DNA of 64,000 nucleotides, taken from Ascoidea asiatica JCM 7603. Lineage: Eukaryota > Fungi > Ascomycota. Under the pieces are notes generated by a model, which was not told the origin of the DNA, did not search any database, and saw only the letters and a list, made by a program, of their open reading frames with translations. The stretch spans positions 705,712-769,711 of the forward strand of contig BCKQ01000007.1 of the NCBI GenBank assembly GCA_001600695.1, read 5' to 3'. The position numbers were made by a program, and so were the translations under genes. Position 1 is the stretch's first letter; every line of letters starts with the position of its first letter. This document shows positions 35,119 to 50,242 of the stretch, in pieces.

Positions 35119-38100
35119 TAATAATAATTATAATAATAATGGTAGAAATTTCAATCTTAGTAATAACATTAATACTACAACTACTAATAATAATTCAAAT
35201 AAGAACATTTTAAATTCAAATTATAGTAAAAAAATCATAAATTATAGTAATACCAATCCAAATAATAAAATTTATAAAACTTCTAACACCATTAATGATA
35301 ACAATAACAACGATTACGTCAATGACGATGATGATGATGATGATGATAACGAGGATAATGTTGATGACGTACAAGATGATTATGATGCTGACAGTTCTTA
35401 TTCTAATAATAATGATAATGAAAATAATGAGAAAAATAGAGCTTTAGTGATTGTATTTAGTGATAAAGCTCATATTTATTTCATAAATGGCTCTTCATTT
35501 ATTGTAACTTTTCCCTTTAAAATTCTAAATTCAATGATATCTTATCAAGGTTTAGTTCTTCAAAGACAATTAAATTTAAATCATTTTAACTCAAATTCAA
35601 TTATCAATCAATTATCTCAAACTAATCAAACTAATCAATTTATAAATTCAAATAAATTTAAAGATAATTTACATTCTCCATTTGTTACTTTAATCGATCC
35701 CATTTTAGAATTAGGTTCTGTTGTATCTTCTTCAACATCTTCAATTTCTTTAAATGATCAATTAATAACTTTTCCTAAAAATTTATTAACTTCTTTAGCT
35801 GCTACTTTTAACCCTATTTTAAATATTATAACAATTTATCATGTAAGATTTTTATCTAAAAATAAATTACTTTTAAATAATAAAAATTCTAATAATATTA
35901 ATAATATTAATCTTAATAGTAATAATAGCGATACTGATAATGATCTTAATAATATTAAAAATAACAGCAATAATAATAATAATAATAATAGTAATCAAAA
36001 CAATCCAAATAATTCATCTTATACTTACTCATATTTATCTAATAATAAAAGAAGAAAATCCTCTTTAGGTAATCCAAATTCAAATAATTCAAATCTTAAT
36101 ATTAATTTATCAAATAATACTAATATTAATACTAATCAAAATAATAAAAATAATAAATCTAAAAATAGAAGATCTTCAAATTTTGGTATTTTACCAACTT
36201 CTTCAAATAATAATCCAAATACAATACTATACTCTTCAAATGATGATGATTTATCGTCTGCTTCTAATTCTATCCGTATTACTTCAATTTCAAATTCAAT
36301 TTCAAATTCTACTCAACTTTTACCTTCTACAATTTCAAATCGTAATAATGATGAAATTTCAAGTAAAAATAATGATATAGATAATCAATCAGATGTTCAA
36401 AACTCAAAACAAAGATCAACTTCTCATCATTCAGAAATGTTATCTTATGATAGAATGGCTTCTAATAATTTAATGGATACTTCAATCTCAAATATTGATT
36501 TTAATAATACAATTAGCAATACCACTAATCTTGCTAATTCGAGTAATACAAATATTTATACTAATAACGATAATGATGGTGACATTGACCTAAGTATTAA
36601 TTTAGATAATGACTCTTCTTATATCTATAACAATTTTAATCACAATGTTATCTCAAATCCAATTTTAAGAAAAGATATAATTTTAACGAAATTAGAAAAA
36701 ATTCATTTTAAAAATTCTATTGATTCTTTAAAAATTTTTACTATAAATTTCTTGGATAAAGAAGCAATAATAGTTATGAATAAACAATCAAATGACTGTG
36801 AAGCTTTAATCTTTAAATCTTCGAATAATAATGTAACTATCCCAAAATTTCAAAAATCTTTTATATTCAACTGTCTTGATTGTTTTCCATTAAATTTGAA
36901 TACTAATAATAATACTAGTAATCAGAAGGTTACTAAAGATATTAATAGAGAAATTATTAATCAAAATATTATTCTAAATGAGAATAATAATCATAATGGT
37001 TATATCATAACTTTAAATAATGATAATACTATTAATTTAATTAATGTCTTCTTAAATTTAAAATCTCATAAATTAAACTTATTTAAAAATAAAAATATTC
37101 CAAAGATAATTAAAATCGCAGATAATAATGATACTGATCTAGCTTTAATTGGTAAAAATAATAAAATTTATTTATTCAATTTATTGATTAAACCTAATTA
37201 TTCTTTAGTTTTATCATGTCTTAGAGTTTTTAAAATTTTAGCTGGTATAGAGGTTTATGAATACTTATGGTTACAATGGTGCTCTGCTTTATCTTTGAAT
37301 AATAATCATGATGATTGGAATGCCTTTATCATTTCAGTTTTATCATTATTATTACCCGAAAATTACAGAAAAACTTTGGGTAAGATTGATAAGGTTAACA
37401 AGGTTTCTAAGAATTTACAAAATGCAATTTTATTAAAGACAAAAAATGTTAATCCATCATTTTCTTTAAATAATGCAACTGCTAATATTATCTTAGCTTT
37501 GCATTTGATCAGAGAAGAATTAAAATTAGATATTACAACAAGTAATGATATTTATAATTTAGGCCTACTATTAGCTCAGTTGACTGTTTGGATGGGTTGG
37601 ACAGAGAAATGGGTTTCGTATTATTCAATTGATTATAATTTATTGGATAAAAAATCAATTCAATTAGGTACAATTCAATCAATGTTATTGGAAAATCCTC
37701 CAAACTTATTAAAATCTTTATGTAGTATTTTCACGAATGATATTGTTCCTTACATTACTGTTTCACAATTAACAGAAGAAAATGATTTAATTGATAAATT
37801 AGTTACACCTAGAACATATTACATTCTAAGATTATTTGAAGCGGTTATATCTCCAGAGTTTGAACCAATGGATATAGTTTCAATGATGGTTGAATATGGA
37901 ATTAAGAAGATTGACTTAGAGACCTTTCCGCCTGGAATTGCAATACCATTAAAAGAGGCAATTGCATACTGCCAAGAAAATACACCGGTAGATTGGGGTA
38001 ATCAAGCATTTGATTTGATTAACAGAAAGGATTTAAGATCGCTTTCAAAACCATTCAAAGATTTTCAAGTTTTGAGTTCTTTCAGTAATGTTAAGGATTT

Positions 38101-40549
38101 GGGAATTAAAGATGTTAAGCAAATTGTGGAACTTGTGACGAATAAAGAGCCAATATCTGCTTGGGATTCAGAATCTGAGGCTGATAGAATAAATATAACT
38201 AAGCTTATATTTTCGAATGATAGACGATTTTATGAAGTTACAAGACTCCTTCAATCTTCAAGAGTTCAGACTTTGTCTCTGAATTTAGCTTCTGAAGTTA
38301 GTGAATATGAATTATTTCAAGTAGAAAAAGAATATGCATTGAAAGTTGCTACAAGAACATTAACCATACCCATGGGTAGAGGTGCCATATTTTTATCAAG
38401 TAGAATGCCTTTGATGACAGAAAAATTCCCAATTCCTAGACTAAATTTGTCTGTTACTATGATCCATTCAGAAACTACTATCAATGTTGAAAAAGATTTA
38501 GCAAGTGAAGAAGTGCTTCAATGGGGTTATTTTCATAATGGTGCATCGGCAGGGCTAGCTATTTCTAGGGATGCAAAAAATATCACAGGTAGTTGGATTG
38601 ATTTCAACAAGCCAATGGTTCTAAATGCTCAACATGGTGGATTTTTATTATCTTTAGGTCTTTTAGGACATCTTAAAGATTTAGAGCAATGGTATATCTT
38701 CAATTATCTTGGGCCAAAACACATGTATACTAGCATTGGACTATTGCTTGGAATGTCAGCCAGTTTAAGAGGTACGATGGATATGAAATTAACCAAAGTT
38801 TTGTCGGTCCATGTCGTGGCATTGTTGCCGCAGGGAGCTTCTGATTTGAATGTATCTATTCCTGTACAAACATCTGGAATCATTGGAATTGGATTATTAT
38901 ACTTAGAAACACAACATAGAAAAATGAGTGAAGTTTTATTATCTCAAATCAATAGTAGATTAATTGTAAATGAAGAACTTATTATTGATGAAGGTTATAG
39001 ATTATCAGCTGGAGTTGCTTTGGGATATGTTAATCTCGGTAAAGGAGATAATATTCCTGGCATTAATATGGTTGATCGATTATTGGCTTTAGGTACACCT
39101 TTAAAAGATATTCAAACCGGGGATGCTTTGGATCAAGCATCATATGGAGCTCTAATAGCATTGGCATTTATTTATCTTAAATCAATGAATCAGTCTGTTG
39201 CAAGTAAATTAGATCTTCCAAGAACAGAGCAGTTCTTAGAGTATATACGACCAGATGTTCTTTTATTAAGGGTTGTTGCACGTAATTTTGTGATGTGGAA
39301 TGATATTGGAAATGATGAAAAATGGATTAAAACAGTAATACCACATTGTTTATTAAAAAAATATTCTATTGAAAAAATCAAAAAATTAAATTCCAATCAG
39401 CTAATTTATTTTTATTTTATTGCAGGATCTTGTCTATCTATGGGAATTAAATATGCTTCAACAAATGATGAAACTGCTAAAAAAACTATCTTAAAATATT
39501 TAGATTTTGTTATCAAGCTTACTCAAAAATCAAGTAATTGTTTTGATGAAAGTTTAGCAAAACAAAATATATTTGATGTTCAAAATGTTTTATTGATTGC
39601 AGTATCACTAATCATGACTGGTAGTGGTGACCTAGATGTTTTTAAAAGATTAAGAATTCTATTTAATCATGTTAATAAAGATATGCAATATGGTAATTAT
39701 ATGGCGGTCAATATGGGATTGGGATTTTTATTTTTAGGAGGAGGACAATTTGGTTTTAATGATTCTAACTTTGCAATTGCATCATTATTGGTTGGTGTAT
39801 TTCCATTATTTCCTAAAATAAATCAGGAGATTAAAATTCATTTACAAGCGTTAAGGTATTTTTGGGTTCTTTCTGTCAGGCCTTCTTGTTTAGTTATCAG
39901 AGACGTTGAGACTATGAAGCCTATAAAGGGTAAGATCGAAATAATTTTAAAAAATGGAAAAGTATTAAATAAAGAAGCGCCATGCTTAATACCTAATTTG
40001 AAAGAGATTTCATTTATTTCAACATTATCAAAAGAGTATTTTAACATCAATATAAATTTGAACATGAATTCTAGGAATAAAAAACAAAGTTATTTAAAAG
40101 TATTTAAAAAATCATTAACATTATATGGATTCAAAAAAAAAGAATATTTAAGTCTCAAAAAAAGCTTTGATTCAATCTTAGAGACATATAATAAAGAAGA
40201 AGAAAAAGAAGGAAACACAGAAGGAAGCGAACATAATTTTGGATTTGAAAATTGTAAAAGTACATTAGATAGGTTATTGAATGATTATAATTATTATTAT
40301 AATTATAATGAAGAAGAACTTTTAAAAAGAGGTAAAACTGATTTCTTTGATTGTGAGCATATTGATACGTTGATTGAGATTGAGGAAATGGTTAAAAAAG
40401 TTAAAGATATTGATTATTTATGGAATATTAAATTATTATTTGCTTATGCCGATAAGGTTTTAGATGAAAGTAAATCATTTTATTTGAGTTATAAGTTAAT
40501 TGATGAGCTAAAAGTTGAATTGTGGGCATTCTCAAGAAATTGTTTATGA
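34547..40549 (+). CDS. APC1: Anaphase-promoting complex subunit Apc1
   Basis: IFSNDRRFYEV.RLLQSS, WGYFHNGASAGLAI, WIDFNKP, HGGFLLSLGLLGHL, PC repeats, TGSGDL and HLQALR motifs; large Asn-rich inserts in the N-terminal third. Confidence 0.95.
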
Positions 40550-40722
40550 AAAAACCAGAAAACAGAAAATTTTAGTTTAAGATGGTTTCTATTTCCTAAA
40601 TTTATATTTCTTTAATTTTATTTCTTTACATTTGTATTACATATAGATAAATATATATGAATATCATATTATAATTGTAAACATAAATGTATTACTAGGT
40701 GACAACTACTCTAATACGATGA

Positions 40723-41436
40723 TTATTTTAGCTTCGATTGATTATTTTTATCAACAGAATCTAATTCAGCTAATATAACAGCAGCTCTTTTCAATTGAAC
40801 GAAATTTGTAAATTGCTTGAAAACATATAAAGGTAAAGTTAAATAAACTAAATAAGTAGCCAATTTAATGTTAAAAACTTTTGGTAATTGATCAAAATTT
40901 TGCAAATATAATGCTAAATAAAATAACTCATTAAAAAAACATGTAATGAAAAGTACAGATTTTTTGGTATAATATAAATTCAATAACCAGCTGGATTCTT
41001 TAGATATAGATTTATGTGAGGAACCACCAGATGATAAAGTTGCAAACATATGCATATAATGAGAAGCTAAATCCACAGAAGTTGCAAGTTGAAAGAAAAT
41101 TAAAGCATAATATTTATTGGTTAATGAATTTGAATTACATAAATAACAGATTAAAGTAGAAGTTGTACATCTATCTGTTACCATATCTAAAACAGCACCA
41201 AATCTTGAGGTTTGATTATATTTTCTTGCAGCGGCTCCATCACCAGCATCCAACAAACATGATATTGAATAAATAATCGTACAATATATAGGATGATTTT
41301 CCATTAAAAATAAAGAAATTATTGCAGATAAAACTCTTGAATAACCAATTAAATTTGGAATGTATAAAAAGATATCATTGGAAGTAACTACTGAGGACAG
41401 AGGTGATATACCTTTTGACGAATTTGCTGTTGTCAT
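40723..41436 (-). CDS. PIS1: Phosphatidylinositol synthase
   Basis: IFLYIPNLIGYSRV, CDP-alcohol motif LDAGDGAAARKYNQTSRFGAVLDMVTDR, DLASHYMHM, FNELFY. First ATG at 41436. Confidence 0.96.
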   Translation of the reverse strand: MTTANSSKGISPLSSVVTSNDIFLYIPNLIGYSRVLSAIISLFLMENHPIYCTIIYSISCLLDAGDGAAARKYNQTSRFGAVLDMVTDRCTTSTLICYLCNSNSLTNKYYALIFFQLATSVDLASHYMHMFATLSSGGSSHKSISKESSWLLNLYYTKKSVLFITCFFNELFYLALYLQNFDQLPKVFNIKLATYLVYLTLPLYVFKQFTNFVQLKRAAVILAELDSVDKNNQSKLK

Positions 41437-41730
41437 TGTTCTATAATTGATTGCCGGAATTATCAAACTACTGAAATTTAATCGAAAGATAGGGAAGTCT
41501 CAAAATTAAATCCACAGCTAAAAAACTTGAAGAGTTATATGAAAAGATTTGACGATTTAAAGATTTGAGCATTTAAACATTAAAACATTTAGAAGTTATT
41601 TTGTAGAAGCCAAAACTCCGTCCTTATAAGATAACCGAATTAAGGAAAGAGCTCAATATAATTTAACAAATTTCCGTGGCATTAACAACGAAATCCGGCC
41701 TCTCATATCGGCCTCCCCAAACAAATCAGG

Positions 41731-41959
41731 CCAATTAAACTAGGCTACACAACTCTTTGTGTGGCTACTGAAATTCACCTAACCATGTGATCTTTATAAC
41801 ATGTGACATATGTTACAACATTCCCATGATCTCCTACAACACGCCCGATTTATATTTTAGGTAACTATTTAAGTTGTCAATCTGCAAAGATGAACCTTAG
41901 TCATCTTCTGACCACTCTTATAGTTAGTAAAACAAAATATACTCCTATGTTTTATTAAC
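41731..41959 (+). repeat. 5' LTR of copia element A (~230 bp)
   Basis: Colinear direct repeat of 50243-50472, roughly 70-75% identical by eye, with exact blocks CTTTGTGTGGCTACTGAA and TCTTTATAACATGTGACAT. Ends approximate. Confidence 0.85.
41784..41807 (-). promoter_or_regulatory. Two CDEI-type/Cbf1 motifs (ATCACATG and GTCACATG on the minus strand) in the 5' LTR
   Basis: CATGTGAT at 41784-41791 and CATGTGAC at 41800-41807 match the reverse complement of RTCACRTG. Function unproven. Confidence 0.5.
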
Positions 41960-44900
41960 TATTGAGCCTAATTATTTTAATAAAAAAAATAATTTACTAT
42001 TTGTTTTGTTTACTATTCATAATAAATTAAATGATTTTTGTTTTATATCCAAAGTGTCCTGATTAACAAAACAATTGATAAAGTGAATTTAAATTACCAT
42101 CACCTTAATATGATGCTTATTTAGCATATGGTATAAATATAAACTCGGTATAAGTTTTAATATATCCAACCAGTCTCTGAAAACATTTAAGTCAATAAAC
42201 TCAAATTAACATTCAAGGTACCTAAAATAACTTTTCGGTATATGTTTTTCATCCATTTGAATAATTTATATCCGCTTTTGTTGTTAGTCTTATTTGCCTT
42301 TTTTACCCCTTAAACCTTAAAACTCTCTGCTATGCTGATGCGATTACTGTTTAAAGGATAATAATTCTACAAACATTCTCTGTTGGTGGGTTTTCACCGA
42401 TAGAGACAATTGGGGTATCTAATTTTTTTAAAGACTTAGAAATGGTTTTCCACCACGGTCTCCATTATTTGTTATTTCGGTTTAGAGATCACCAAAAAGT
42501 CAGTTGTTTAAAATTGCTTACCAACAGCGGTTCTCACAGTACGTTTAATCTCATAAACATATGACCTATCAAAAAGTATTCATGTAATTAGAAGCTAATT
42601 TAAAGCTGAGTCAATATGAAAGTAATCGTTTTATTATTGTTGAGCCCTTGTGATTTGGTTCATGGTGAACAATTATGTTTTTGAATATAAATTTTATTTT
42701 AAATTTTAATATTGATTAAATTTTCCAAATTTATCTACAATTATTTTCAATACTACTGATGATTTATGTTGCCCAAACCATTCAATTACTATTTAAAATT
42801 TCAAACTTCAATTAAAAAGTTTGTCAAATCATTACTTATTCTTATTGATAAAAACATTATCAAACATGTATCAATTCAACTAAATGCTATTTCACTAACA
42901 ACCATCTCCAGATACAAAATCAATTGCAGTCTAGAGCATTTTATGTTAAATTATTATTTTTTAAATTGTTCATAACTATTTTTAATTTTAATATCTTATC
43001 GCCATATCTACAACGTTTTGTGGTTCAGTTAAATTCATCTGCCATTTTACTTTTGAAACTATTACTTATTATATTTCCATGTTTCCTACGTTTGAGCTAT
43101 TACTTTGTCCAGTGAATTAAACATCTTATTCAAAAACTCATTTTTAAAAAATGTTTTTCATATGTATTTCTATTCTAATAAGTTTAATTAGATACAATTT
43201 TTTTTTGTTTTGTTCATATAAACATTTCGGAAAGTTCTTTCTTTTCAAATGTTATTAATTTTAAAGGTTGACCCGAATCTTCCTAAATTTACTCCTGAAA
43301 GACTATGATCAAAACGTTTCAAAATGTTGAATTCTCACTCAATTATAATTGATTTAAAACTATTTCCCTAAATCAGAGTTCCAGTAGTATTTTGAACGAA
43401 TTTCCTTAATATAATCTTGTTTAATTTATTCATGTGTTGATATATTTTAGATTTGTTTTACTTTAATTCTGTCTCATTTTCCATTTCAATCAAACTTCTA
43501 TCTAAACTATTGCTTAATCCCGGAAACATGTCTACAGACGTTCCTATTGATGGTAATTTTGATAACAACCTTGTTGGTAAACTAAATGATGATGATGTTA
43601 ATGAATATCTTCTGTTTATTTCAAAATTTGCATAATGAATGCAATTCGTACAAGCTTCTTCACAAAATACTCTCTCTATTTCCATATTTGATCATCGCAT
43701 CAACGTGTTTAGACTTAGTACTGTTGAAAACATTAATCAAACTGAAATTAATCAGAGTGTTTTTTTACAAGCTAAACTTATCGGCAATTATCAAGTATCA
43801 ATAGTTCCTGAAAAGAAAACACTTATTCATATTGAAAAGGACAATAAAACAGAAAGAATTTAATTATTAAGAAATAATAACCCTACTTATCCTTTTTGAG
43901 TAATTATGCTAATGAATTCTTTACCGAACCTTTGATTGAATACCCTATTAAATTATTCACAAATGTTATAACTTTAGATAATGAAAATTCTAACAATGAA
44001 GATAACCAAATAAGAAAATTACGTTTTGAAGTTAGCAAATATTCAGTTAAAAATTGTGAGCACCTTCATAAATTTGTAGATAGAATTTTTTCTCTTCGTG
44101 AATTATTTCAGCTCATCACTGAAGATCAATCTGGTTTTGGTTTTACAAAATGACATTTCCCGTCAAAGTAAAGCTATTATTAAACAATTTTTGAATAATA
44201 ATATTGAATAAAAGCTTGACTTTTCCACTCAACAAATCATTGATATTATCGAGGTATCAAAAGTCAAAGTTCAAGTCTCAATCATGAAACATCAACAGAA
44301 AAAAATTTATTCTGAAGACCTGTTAAATCAATTAGTATCAGTTATTAATTTCAAATTCGGAAACGGAGTTCTCAAAAGTGCTAATCTATTATGGTAGAAA
44401 ATAAAAAACTCTTTATTGAAGTTCCTTCTTCTGACCATCAAGAATTAATCAAAGATCAAAATACTTACATCAAATTAACAAAAACACTTTTCGAATAAAA
44501 TGTCTGGGGTTATTGCTAAACACTTAATAGAAAACTTTATTACAAGTATTAATACAAATAAGTATAACAAATACAAAGATAAATTTATCCCCTTATCAAT
44601 AAATGGTAATGTGAAATTTATTGTTGAATCGAATTTAATTGCAGTTCAATTGCTAAAATCTAGAAATGCAGAAAATGACAAATTAATTATTGAAAACTTA
44701 ATAAGAAAAGAAATTTCACTACCGATATTTTAGATCCCAAGAAAACTGGTTTAGGTCAAAACTTCAGTTCAAAGTCTCTTTATATTAAAATATCCAAAAT
44801 TTCTGCTTCTGATGACACTTCTCATGTTTTGGCTTTCAATAATAAAACAAACTCAATTAATGACATGTCTTCTAACACTGATACTGATGATTAATATATT

Positions 44901-47900
44901 TTACTTATCTCTGATACCAATGCTCCAAAATGTTTTGCCCTTCCCTTAAAAACAATTTATGATGATGAGTTTTTTGAGTCCCTTTTATGAAGCTAAACTT
45001 TGCTGCAACTCTAAAGTTTTCAAACATGATCAATCTCTCTGTCCTATATCCGTTACAGACTTAACTAAGTTCTATCAACTATTAGTTTATTATAAAATGG
45101 CTTCTTATCATTCTTTATTTGTTCAATTATAGGATGAATACTAGTTTTCTATTATGAATATTATCAAAAAGAATAAATGTTCTAAAAAATTTGGAAATTT
45201 TTAGAAAAAGTTTCTTTAATTATAATTCTCAATATGAACGATGGTGGAGTTGAATTTATAGCTTATTATGATAGCAATAACAAATTGATCAATGCTAATT
45301 GTCACTTAAACAATACATGTACTAGGTTCTCGTTCAATGTGTTCAAATCTTATAATTCTTGTTTAAATAATTTCATTGAAACCAATTTCAATTTTATAAG
45401 AATGAGCTCTCTTAAAACAAATTTACAAATCCATCATAAATTGAGTTAGCTTCCTCTCAATACGATAATTAAGCTTATTGATTGTAATGCAATTGATCAC
45501 AAAAATCTTATGATTTCTAACAAGGATTTTAGTTGCGCAATATGTCAATGACATAATATTAATGATAAGATTTCTTCTAAATCAAAATTTGTTGCTACTA
45601 GACATAATCAAAATATTCAAGTTGGTGGCATAGGACCCGTTACTCCTGTTAGCATCACAGGTTATAAATATATTTTTGGTATTGTTGATAAATTTACAAA
45701 GTTTATTTATGCTAAACCTATATTTTATAAACGATAATCAGCTATTTATTTAACGTTTTTCTGAACCACTTACAAACTCTATTTCAGTATAAAGCTACCT
45801 TTCTATTCAGTGATCAAGGTGCAGAGTATGTCAGCAATTTGATTAACCTAAAAGTATTTATGGATGGAACAGATCAAAGATGTATGTTTTGGTTATAGAA
45901 GTATTCAAAATCGTTTAGCACAAAGAGCTATTTCAACTTGGCTCACAATCTGTAGATCTTTATTATTTTCTTCCGGTATTCCTAATAGATTGCGGGAATT
46001 TGCTAGTTTTGATTCAATGGATAGGCATACTAAATCTTTACATAATAATAGTTAAATTAGTCCGCTTGAACTACAATATAATTAACCTTGCATTCAGCAA
46101 ATTTATGTATTCGGCTCCTTTATTTTTACAACTAAAGAGTATATTAGACTTCAAAGCTCAAAAACTTGTAAACACGGTAGGCGAATTTTCCTTTCTGAAC
46201 CTAGATCTCAGCCTGGTCAACTTTATTTAAATCATGATTTTATGAAAATTATGATTGCTGTTGTTATTAATCAAAACAAAAAACAAAGACTACTTAAAGA
46301 TCTTAGTATAATACTAGATATAAATAGAATTCAAATAATTTCATCTGACTCTAAAACAAATTCATTCCATTCTGTATCTGCTTATCAAGAAGATGTTCAA
46401 ACCCCCATTAAAGTTTCCTTTAAAAAATCAGATTACTGCTAAACTGAAAGATACTTTCCAGACTATAAACTTAGAATTTCAAAAAAGGTCTCTGATAATT
46501 TGTGTAATGAATTTTTCGATGTCAATGGGAATTCCTGATTAAACACTATTACTAAAGATTTCCTCAATAACTCTAATATATCTCGTACTAACAATATAAC
46601 TGTTTCTCCGGCCTCTGTACCTAAAACACCATCTAAATTTTCTCCTTAAAATCAAGTTACGTTTAATTTCCCTACATCTATACAACTTGTCAATAGAAAT
46701 AGATTGACTCAAAAGACAATTCCATCTTATGAGTCAATTGAAAACAAAACAACAATTTTTATTTCTGAAACTGTAAAAAATTCAATCGACTCTACTCCTA
46801 AACCAGCATCTTTCTCTGCTACTTCACCCACCCTAAAAAATTATCATGTTAAAGAAAATACAATTAAACATTGCCTTCAATAATTCTAATGGTTGCTTCT
46901 CTAATCCTGATTCACTTCTTCAATACTTGGAAAAAGAAAAATCCGTATCAGAATTGGATAAATTTAATCTTAAACTAACTAATGAAAATTCTTTAACACC
47001 GAATCCAGCTTTTCATCTAATTACATCGTCAGATAAAGTTTCTATTTTTCCTATAAATAACAATTTTCAATACTCAAATTCTGTAAAAGCTTCTCGTCCA
47101 GATGAAAACTTTATTTTAACTCCCTCTAAAAGTTTCTCTAATAAAATTTCTAATTACAATGGTTCCATATGATTTAATCCCCTCTTCTTATATAATAAAA
47201 ATCTTACCGCTGATGTTCTTAATCCAAATTCTTGGCTATAACAATAACTTATTATCTCAAATTTCTAAACTTAATTGAAATAATTTTTTTGTTAATTGTT
47301 TATTAGATTCTAGTTGCACTCCAAATGATCTATGTTCTGTAGTTACTAAAAGCTATAATAATACTGATAAAAGATACTTAAATTATACAATCCCCAAAGC
47401 TATTCCAAATTAGAATGAAGGTTCTTTTATTACACCTGTGCCACTGAGGAAGAATTTCTTCATATATATCGCTCAATTCATCTAGATGAAGCTTTAATAA
47501 ATGGAAAATTTTCTCCTGGCACGAAAACGCTTATTAATAAGCTTTCTCAAACTCCCCTTTCTTTTGGTACATCTTCTTTATATGAAGTTTTAGATCATAA
47601 TGTTGGAGGACATTTTATAACGAATATTAAACAGTTAATCAAGAACCAGTAAATTTCAAAGCAATTCAATATATACCATCTAATTTTCAAAAACTTTGGC
47701 TTGAAGCTTGTTCTCGAGAATTCAATTGTTTCAATTCATTTGAATTTTGCGAATTACTTTCAGAACCTATCAATAAAATTCCAATTTTCACAGGAAGATG
47801 GATACTAAAAATGAAGCATATTTCTGAATTTAGACCAAACCAAGATGGGTGATCCAACGTGATCGTCAAAAACCTGGAAGAGATTTGAAACTTATGCACG

Positions 47901-50242
47901 TCTGTGCCCTAATGAGATTTTTCCCACCTTAATCAAAATATATGCAGAAAAGAAATGGTTCATTGAAACTGGTGATGTTCCTTCTCCATTTCTGAGATGT
48001 TAAATTAAAGAAACACTATATGTCCATGAACATGAAGGCTTATTAACAAACAATTTCCTAATCATATATATTAAATAACTGGTAGTATTTACGGTCTGCA
48101 TCAAGCACCAACAGAATGGTATCTACAAGTTTCGGAACAGTTATAATATAAATTATACACTCAAGATGAAAATGTTTCCTGTATTATTTCAAGATCCTCA
48201 ATTTTTTGTATAAAAATAGATGCTCTGTAAGTTGAAGACATTATTGTTACTGCGTCTTCAATGAAAGCAATGTAAATTAGAAAAAATGATTTTTCAGAAT
48301 TATTTAATATTAAATTATTAGGTCAAATAAAAAATTTCCTTCGCCTTGAGATTGATTGGAACAGAGAAAAAGTATATACATTTATTAATCAAGAAAAATA
48401 TTCACAGAAAATAATAGATACTTTTTTAATCAATACAAATAAAGATAATATCAATGTACGGTACAATGATTCGTTTAAAACTCTAAATATAATTCCTGAA
48501 AAAAATAAAATTTTCAAAGATTGAAAAAATTTCTTATACCCAAATAGGAGGAAGGCTGGTACATTTATCTAGATTTTTCCGACCAGATATAACTCAGTCT
48601 GTTCATATTCTAACTAGACAGAAGGTAAACTATAATTAATTTTATTACAAATGTGCTTTACCTATTCTAAATTATATAAGGAATTCAATTACTTTGGTCC
48701 TTTATTTCCATTAGATCCAATGAAATATAAATCAAGCACTTTCTCTGATGCCTATTACTCTACAGGTGCTCAGTCGGTTAGTGGTACTATTACAATATAT
48801 GGTAAGATACCTTTCTATTGGGGTTTTAAATTTATAGCTTTTCCTCCTTAATATTCCTCAGATTCTGAATTGCAAGCTCGTGCTCACAGCTCTAAGAACA
48901 CGGGATATCTAGCTTGGTTCATTTCAAGACATGATTCCTTCACTTGACCAGACGACACATTCAATAGTTTCAACAGAAAGAGAAATTTTAATTCAAGTTT
49001 CCAATTACCTTTTCTAGATAAACCACCCATTAAAAGTTTTGCCACTATAGTTTTTGTTGATAATAAAAGTGCTGTTTGTTGGACTACATATAGTAGTAAG
49101 CTAAAGGCTAGAGCTCATAATGAACAAAGGTTTTTATTAATTTCTGACAGAATCTATAAAAAATAACAAGAAGTTGAATATGTCAACACTTTAAACAATA
49201 TGGCTGCTATTTTTATTAAATGTCCCCGGATGCAAGCGTCCTTCGTTCAGCTAACTTTCTAGTCTCCAGACCACCAGTTATAATAGCTTAAATTTAATAG
49301 TTATATTGTTGATTTAACTCACTCATAAGGAATTCTGTTCTGGATGTGATACTATGCAGATATTAAAATCAAGTTTCTATTCAACTACTAACCAATCGCA
49401 GCTAATTTTAATTTGGTTTCATCAAGTTCCAAAATCATCTACAAAATCCACTTTAACATTAGTTAAGTTATTCAATTTTATTTTTCTTTTCAGCAAGCCC
49501 AAATCAATAATTGTGTCACAAGCACATGTTACAATTCTTCTGATTGTTTACTTTCATTAGAAGCTAGTTTGCTTCTAGTCGTTTTCCAAAATTAAATCCA
49601 ACATGTTAAATTCTTCCCAATCTAGATTTCATCTGTTTCAAATCTACTTGAATCGAATAATAAATTCTTACCCAATTCTGCAGTATGATTTGCTAATAAC
49701 TCTTTAGGATTAGAACTAAATTATTTACAGTTTATACAATGTATACTTATAAACTTAAATGTTTATTAAAATTCAGTATAAAAGTAGTCTTTATTTAATG
49801 GTCAACTAATTTACTAAATTATAACTGCTACTGACTTTGATTCCATAGTTACTGATCATTTCCAATTTTTTTTTTTCACTATACCTTATCTTTTATTCTT
49901 TTAGATTCTGCGTTTTAATTTCTTTAAGTTCTGGAGGTGCTCTTTCATGTCAAAGATAATTGTTAGTTTAAAATTTATCTTCTTTTATGCTTTGATTTAT
50001 TTTATCTTTTCATTTTCTCCTTTACATTGTTTTACTCTAAATTTCTTATCTTTTGGTAAAGACAAATTTTCTATTGTTTTACTCTTGGCATGATTACTTG
50101 TTACAACAACCCTTACTCTATGATATATACCTAATTAGAATAAGGACGTGAAGTTCATCGAGTAAGGCTTAACTACCTTATTTCTTCAAAAGCTCACTCT
50201 CCTTAACTGTCATCATCCACCAGAAATTCCTGTTTGTGGAGG

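Noticed and set aside
1233-40065. Numerous short ORFs (60-132 aa) overlapping real genes on the opposite strand or in shifted frames
   Set aside because: Shadow ORFs produced by low-complexity Asn/Ser codon runs; no independent motifs.
42766-49560. Short ORFs within element A as independent host genes
   Set aside because: They are broken pieces of gag-pol or chance ORFs lying between the two LTRs.
49706-49719. AGGATTAGAACTAA shared with 59314-59327
   Set aside because: An isolated AT-rich 14-mer without extended flanking similarity; cannot be distinguished from chance.
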